Part shown: in pieces, positions 57,450 to 64,000 of the stretch
How positions within the stretch are numbered: position 1 is the first letter of the stretch
How the letters are laid out: each line of letters opens with the position of its first letter
From: Octopus sinensis
Lineage: Eukaryota
Reading direction: 5' to 3'
Length of the DNA: 64,000 nucleotides
Assembly: GCF_006345805.1 (NCBI RefSeq)
Contig: NC_043001.1
Location: forward strand, 89,900,001 to 89,964,000
Translations under genes and position numbers: made by a program
The notes under the pieces: generated by a model
Told to the model about the DNA's origin: nothing
Seen by the model: the letters and a program-made list of their open reading frames with translations, nothing else
The model's database searches: none

Positions 57450-58736
57450 CGAGGGGCGTTCAATAAGTAATGCCTCTGACCCATTTGCAGTTGTTTGATC
57501 TAGCTGAAATTTTGCATGTGCAATTATTTATATCTCTATAGATTAAGTGGCAAATTACAGCTCTGAACTAATTGTGGTTTCTGATTTACAGGTGTTTGAA
57601 CTGAGTCAAGTGTGAAATGGAGCCTGTTGAGCGTCGAGCAGTGATCCGGTTTTTGTATTTGAAAGGACGCACACCACGGGAGACTTTTGATGAAATGAAA
57701 GTAACTTATGGTGATGATGCTCCATCATACGACATTGTAAAACGCTGGCATCGTGAATTCAAACATGGTCGGAACTCTGTGGAAACAGCTCCCAGATCTG
57801 GTCGCCCCCTTCTGCCATTGATAAGGCATCTGTCCGTCAAGTTGAGGCTGCCATTTTGGAAGATCGACGCATAACTATTCGCCAAATAGCCCATGAGGTC
57901 AAGATTAGTACCGGGTCTGTGGAAACTATCATTCATGACCATTTGCATATGCAAATTGTGTCTGCCAGATGGATTCCCAGGTTGCTCACACCTTTCCAGA
58001 AGCAAGAACGCGTCGATTGCTCGAGGATGAATTTGGAGATGTGTCAAGATGTTCAAAATTTTTCAAAAGACTGATTACACAGGATGAAACCTGGGTCCAT
58101 CACGATGATCCAGAGACCAAAGCCCAGTCAATGCAGTGGAAGCACCGTGATTCACCTCCTCCAAAGAAGGCAAGGGTGCAGCCCTCCGCTGGCAAGGTCA
58201 TGCTCACAGTCTTCTGGGACCAGGACGGAGTAGTGATGACAGATTTCCTGGCAAAGGGTGCCACAATTACAGGAGTCTATTATGCTTCACTTTTGAGGAA
58301 ATTAAGAGAAGCTATCAAAATCAAGAGGCGGGGCAAGATCAGCAAAGTTATCCTCCTCCTGCAGGACAACGCTCCGGTCCACAACTCGCGTGTCGCCAGA
58401 TCAGAAGCACAGGCGTGCGGCTATGAACTCCTTCCCCATCCCCCTACTCTCCTGACCTTGCACCCTCTGATTTTCACCTCTTCCCAGCCATGAAGTTGTT
58501 TTTGAAAGGAAAGCGTTTCCCAGATGATGCAGCCTTGATTTCTGAAGTCACGTCGTGGTTGGAGGACCAAGCTGGGGTTTTCTACAAAAACGGTCTTCAA
58601 AACTGCATCAAACAATGGGAGAAATGCGTAACTCTGGGTGGTTCCTATGTAGAAAAAGACTAATAACTGTTCCAAGTTTCGTTGCTCTACTGCTATGGGA
58701 AGTGGGTCAGGGGCATTACTTATTGAACGCCCCTCG
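57450..58736 (+). mobile_element. full-length mariner (DD34D) transposon with frameshifted transposase
   Basis: TA TSDs; 34-bp TIRs CGAGGGGCGTTCAATAAGTAATGCC(T/C)CTGACCCA with one mismatch; transposase 57617-58663 in about 4 pieces with QDETWVHH, LLQDNAPVH and YELLPHP motifs. Confidence 0.95.
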
Positions 58737-59198
58737 TAACAGTGGCAACGAGGATTTAAGCAATTCACGAAGAATTAACAAATTCGATGAGGATTTTAAC
58801 AACTTACGAGAAGTCAACAAACTTACGAGAAGTCAACAAACTTACTGAAGTTTTGGTTGTGCGAATTTTACAAAACAAAAAAAAAAAACTAAAATTATGG
58901 AAAATTTGTTGGCCGGTTTGCTCGAGTAGCAAAAATAGCAACAACAGTAACTGCAAGAGCAACAGCTGAAGCAACAACTACAACTGAAAGAACAGCCGTT
59001 CAAGAATTTGGACCTGGAGATCTCCATTTCCAGCGACTTCGAGGGCCACCTCCCAGTGGTGTCGGGCGTCAACGAAGAGCCCTCGACTACAACAAGATGG
59101 CCAAAGTTTTTTTTTCCAAGGTCTGGGGTCTTCCGCCCCTAAGCTCTAGACCATCACCTAACTACCCTTACCCGTCTTGTTGCTTAACAACAACAACA

Positions 59199-59877
59199 GT
59201 TCCGGACCCCAGTAATGAACTCTTTGCATACAGCCAATCAAACAGAGCTCACCTTGAAAATCCGCATATTGTGTACTACTACAGTAGAACCAGTCAGGCA
59301 TAAAATGGTGTATGCCACTCTGTGAATACAGCATAGCAGGTCTCACATAGGCACCACATCCCCCTTTCCCCACCATCCTCATAGATTAATTGAGCACCTC
59401 TGTATGGAGCTAACATTAGGTGCCTATGCTCAGACTGAGATTAGTGATGCTACATGTCCCCATTGATATATGCAAGGAGGTCGCAATACAACACAGCGCC
59501 ATATTGATTACGATGTTTTCGGATCAACACCAACATTTTAAATTAGGAATGTACAATATCAGTCAAAAAATTAGGAAACTACATTCATTTACATTTTCTA
59601 GTAAATTACGCGAATTGGCAACACTTATGGCATCATCGGTGAGCAGCGCACCATTCACTTTATACACTAAATTTCACATTTGTCACTCCCTATTAACCCG
59701 TTTAGAACAGTTACATTTTGCTATAATGCACATTTTCCACTGAACTCAGCCAGAGTATTTTCGTGTCAAGGTGGACACTAGTTTGATAGTTGAGCTCTGA
59801 TTAGCTGTATGCAAATGAGTTCATAACTGGGGTGCAGAACTCTCGTGGGAAAAAAAAAATTGCTTCCGGGCTGCTTA
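59199..59877. mobile_element. second copy of the 32942-33625 MITE, opposite orientation
   Basis: Continuous reverse-complement similarity over about 600 bp. Confidence 0.75.
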
Positions 59878-60070
59878 AAACCTTATAAGTGGATTTGGTA
59901 GACAGAAACGGAAAGAAGCCCGTTGTACATACATACATACATACATACATACATACATACATACATACATACATACACACATCATACATATATGCGTACA
60001 TACATGCATACATATACATATGCACACACACTTATCTCTCTTTCTCTCTCTATCTGTCTGTCTGTCTGTC

Positions 60071-60128
<58 letters not shown>

Positions 60129-60145
60129 ATCTATCTATCTATCTT

Positions 60146-60355
60146 TTTATTTTTATTTTTAATTTTTTAAATTTTTAATTAAAAAAAAATTTTTTTTGTT
60201 CTTTTCTTCCCTTTTACGATCCCTCTTGATCGAAAACCTACGCCACTCCTTTTTTTTTCTCTTTTGTTTTTTTGTTTTTTTCATCCCCCAAAAGAAAAGC
60301 TCTACCTTGTAACTTGTCCCATCTGTGTGCAGCCCTGTGTGGCCAATAAAGAAAC
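60146..60355 (+). mobile_element. LINE-like 3' end embedded in (CTAT)n
   Basis: T-rich UTR, ...gtgcagccctgtgtggccAATAAAgaaac, flanked on both sides by CTAT arrays. Confidence 0.5.
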
Positions 60356-60381
60356 TTATCTATCTATCTATCTATCTATCC

Positions 60382-60465
<84 letters not shown>

Positions 60466-60529
60466 GTCTGTCTATCTGTCTGTCTGTCTATCTGTCTGTC
60501 TACCTATCTGCCTGTGTGTCTGGCTTTGT

Positions 60530-61262
60530 AAATGATCCGTCAAAATCGTTACCCGACCTTGAATTACTGATGATGTGGGCATCAGTAAAAATTGTGCCAC
60601 ATGATTTTCAAAGAAAATTCGAAGCTGTAACATGTTGCTACAAAATTTGCGCAAAATTTGCCCCCTGAATGGAGTTGCAATTAGTCAGTATCTGTTTGAT
60701 CGCTCGGTTGCCGATGAAAGCTTTATGAGAAGTGCCATAACAGATTACGAAACATAGTTGTACAGCTGCGATGTGGAAAGGAAATGACAGTCGTTACACC
60801 GAGTTGGATTATCGCTTCCACGAGGAAACAGGTCAGAGTCGTTCGAAAGTGAAAGTAACGTTTGATTATTTTTTTATTGGAATGGCATCATCCATCATGA
60901 GTTTGTTCCACGTGACTAGACAATCTGTAAGGAGTTATATTCGGCTGCTCTGGAGTGTTTGGAAAAGACAATGTGAAGAATGATGCATGAAGCATGTACA
61001 AACAAAACCTGGACACTGCACTATGACAAGATGTCTGTTATGCTTCACTCACTATCCGTGACGTTTAGTCATCTCACTATCCGTATTTGCCCCCTGGAAG
61101 GTCACCGACTTCAGCTGACAGACGAAATCAAGAAAAGTTCATTGCTAGAATTGCGCCAGTGCGCAATTCTAGCAACGAACTTGAAAACGTGATTAAACTG
61201 TAAGTCAAATAATAATTTCGTTTTTTAACTTGTTTGGTTTATTTTTTGGACAGATCGCATAT
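60530..61262 (+). mobile_element. decayed mariner remnant
   Basis: Relics SFMRSAITDYET, SRSKVKVTFDYF..NGIIHHEFVP, WTLHYDK. Confidence 0.65.
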
Positions 61263-61479
61263 ATACTCGGAAAACAGAAGTTAAAAGTATCTGTAGACAG
61301 TAAAAAGAGATCGCTTGAATGGAAATTAATCACCCTCAAAATAAGAATTAAAACTGTCAGTGAAAAAAGTCCGGTGCCAGAAAAGAGTAACAGAAAATAA
61401 ATTGATCAACAACAAACATAACCGAAACCAATGAATGGTTTACTGAGATATGAAGGGAAATCAATAATGCTTCGGAGGC

Positions 61480-62400
61480 ATCGTCGCAGAAAGATAGAGT
61501 GTCATTCTGGAGAAAAGTCTGGAGGCAAAGAGTTTAATTGGAGTGTAGGGCGACTATATACAATATAAATGGTGAGCCCATTGAGATTGTTATCCTTAAA
61601 CATCAGGATAGGAAAGCTCAGGAGGGGATTTGGTTATCGGACCAGAAAAACTTATCCTTTTATTGAAGGTATTTTATTGATCTATAACAACAAGCTTTCA
61701 GTGGAGATAATAATATATTAAACTGGATGGCACAGGCAGAAACGAAACTGACACTCCAAAACAATGCCACTTTGCAAAAGACTACCAGGCAATTGCGTGC
61801 CAAATCTCTTGTACAAAATATTCATAGCTTATCTAAACTTGTTTCTTTAAAGCCCTTGTAACAGATATGACATCATCAGAACTGGACAAGTAGCTGAGAA
61901 GAAAGGAATTTGAGAATGTGCTGAACGACTCTTGATCAACAAAACTGGGAAGATAGCAGTGCGACTGCATAAGAACTTAGTAACAGTCTGGCTGGATTAC
62001 AAGAAAGCATTCGATTCTTTTTTCCGTCTTGTGGATGTTAGAGACCTTTCGACTTGCTAAAGTTCCAGTTACCTTTATCAAAGCTGTAGAGAGCCTCACT
62101 TCGTCCTGGGCCATCATTATAAAGTAAAATATAGGAAGTGTTTATGGTGTTACTCATAGGTTACAGTATTACAGAGGTACATTTCAGGTAATAGTCTCTC
62201 TCTCTCTCTCTCTCTGATGTTATTTATACTTCCAGTAACCCACCTGTCCTTTTTGTTAAGGACATCTGAAGGATATGCGATTGAATACAGAAATACCTAT
62301 CAAACACATTGTGTCATTGTGGACGATCTATAAATATATTTTAAGTATATAGGTAGTGTAAAGAAAATCCCTAACCTACGTACGAACTTCTCTGGAAATG
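61480..62400 (+). mobile_element. decayed non-LTR retrotransposon RT (R2/R4/NeSL-type)
   Basis: Relics CAERLLINK and HKNLVTVWLDYKKAFDS. Confidence 0.5.
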
Positions 62401-62571
62401 GGAAAGGATTTGTCCGAGATATATGTTCTTACATGGTCGTAAAACGACAAACCCATTTTCTAAAATTATAACAGTAATCAGACTATTTCTTAGCTATCGA
62501 ATAAGTGCAACGGGTATTTTTCTTCACTCTTTCCTTACTTCTCAACTACTTTTCTCTTTATCCTTATGCTT

Positions 62572-62607
62572 TCTTCTGGTGATGGACTAATGTCCGAAAC
62601 GTTAAGA
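62572..62607 (+). ncRNA. minimal hammerhead-like motif in a Penelope-like tail
   Basis: UCUU-CUGGUGA-U-GGAC/UAAU/GUCC-GAAAC-GUU-AAGA; palindromic AACGUU at stem III. Confidence 0.5.
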
Positions 62608-63514
62608 TTCTTTCCATTCTTTTTAAAGCATTAAACTTATATATGATAGATGTGCATAGTTTTTACAAACAGAACAATGTACGTAATTATATAGAAAGAT
62701 AACTGCATACATACATACATACATACATGTGTGTGTATGTGTGTGTGTGTATTTATGATTGCATTACAACTCATGGTTGATTACCATTGTCACAAATGTT
62801 ATACAATGTATGTTATGAAAAAACAACTAGAAGCAAGTGAGAGCTCATTTTCTAGAATAAAGCAACAGAATTCCGTGTAGTTTCTAAGGTGGCTTTACTC
62901 AGTTGTTCAATATTTTAGATTTTTATAACCTCGAGTAAAGCTTCTAGAACCTTTGAGAATAATACATGGCGGGAATTTACACAACTTCCTGTAAAGTCTA
63001 CTGCCTTTAATTGCAACATGCGAGCCGATGTTGGGTAGTAGAGAAACTTTTACATGAACATTAATGCTTTGTATGGTGAAATTTGGTTCAAGGAGCTGGT
63101 AATGCAATTTGTAGAAATACACTTAAGTTGTGGTTCTTAACTGGAAATGTGAACGAAGAGGTTCGAATTGAAGTAGAGAGCTGCTACGGGTGTTCAGAAT
63201 ATGAATTAGCATAAAATTCTGGTGACAGGTTTTTAAATTTAGATTACTTTAAAGTAAGAAGTTGGTATCATAGACCTAAAGGCAGTCTCAAGCGGGTTGG
63301 TATTAAAAGATTCGTAAATGTAACAAGTGGCAGGCGTTCAGATGAGAGACAAACTGTATTTCTTTCCAAAATATTGAAAGAAAAAAATGAAGAAATTCAC
63401 TGACTTTCATGACAATCAAAGATGTCACATTAAGAGGATTTATAATAGCTTTTAAAAATGGAATCCCTGAAGAGTACGGTTTAATATTTCTTTTGGAACA
63501 TTCATTTATACAGT

Positions 63515-63544
63515 TGTGTGTGTGTATGTATGTATATGTATATG

Positions 63545-63576
<32 letters not shown>

Positions 63577-63589
63577 TGTAGTATGTATG

Positions 63590-63621
<32 letters not shown>

Positions 63622-63641
63622 TGTATGTATCTATCTATCTA

Positions 63642-63715
<74 letters not shown>

Positions 63716-63760
63716 GAGGAGGGAGAGAGAGAGAAAGAAAGAAAGAAAGAGAGAGAGAGA
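63515..63760. repeat. (TATG)/(TATC)/(TA)/(GA) compound microsatellite
   Basis: Direct inspection. Confidence 0.9.
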
Positions 63761-63845
63761 AATTCAGTGCCAGTAATTACTTCCATATCAAGATTTAACA
63801 CAGGAAAATTGTAAGGGAGTAATAGATAGTAGGGAAAGACGAAGG

Positions 63846-63877
<32 letters not shown>

Positions 63878-64000
63878 AAGAGAGAGAGAAAAAATATAAT
63901 TAAGTGTCTCACTGTATGGATGTATTTGTACACACACATACATATACACATGTACGCGCGCACACACACACATATATCTATATACTTACACATACATCTA

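Noticed and set aside
58790-58850. About 19-bp unit (acttacgagaagtcaacaa) repeated about 2.3 times
   Set aside because: A small local duplication within TE debris; too short to interpret.

Overview
Eukaryotic, AT-rich, microsatellite- and SINE-dense genomic DNA, most likely from an octopus (inferred from the protein sequence and repeat landscape). The one protein-coding gene I can support is a complete Na+/K+-ATPase alpha subunit on the minus strand. I traced 20 coding exons by hand from ATG 28559 to TGA 11102; all introns are GT-AG, all phases join, and the CDS is 3090 nt (1029 aa). Downstream lies a repeat-poor region with several AATAAA signals, a probable long 3' UTR. Upstream (29-64 kb) is a transposon graveyard: tRNA-derived SINEs, MITEs, an RTE remnant, a decayed hAT, several Tc1/mariner elements (one with intact 34-bp TIRs), Tx1-like LINE pieces including an ORF1-only derivative, and Penelope-like tails with minimal hammerhead motifs. 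An orphan CpG-rich promoter-like island sits at about 35.4-35.8 kb. The best leads are: (1) the codons equivalent to the squid A-to-I recoding sites, two of which are separated by an intron; (2) a stop-free in-frame intron and a stop-free in-frame extension past the stop codon; (3) a candidate distal first exon; (4) a fold-back mariner MITE; and (5) two minimal hammerheads. No CRISPR, rRNA or true tRNA genes were seen. Most ORFs in the supplied track are microsatellite or antisense artefacts.
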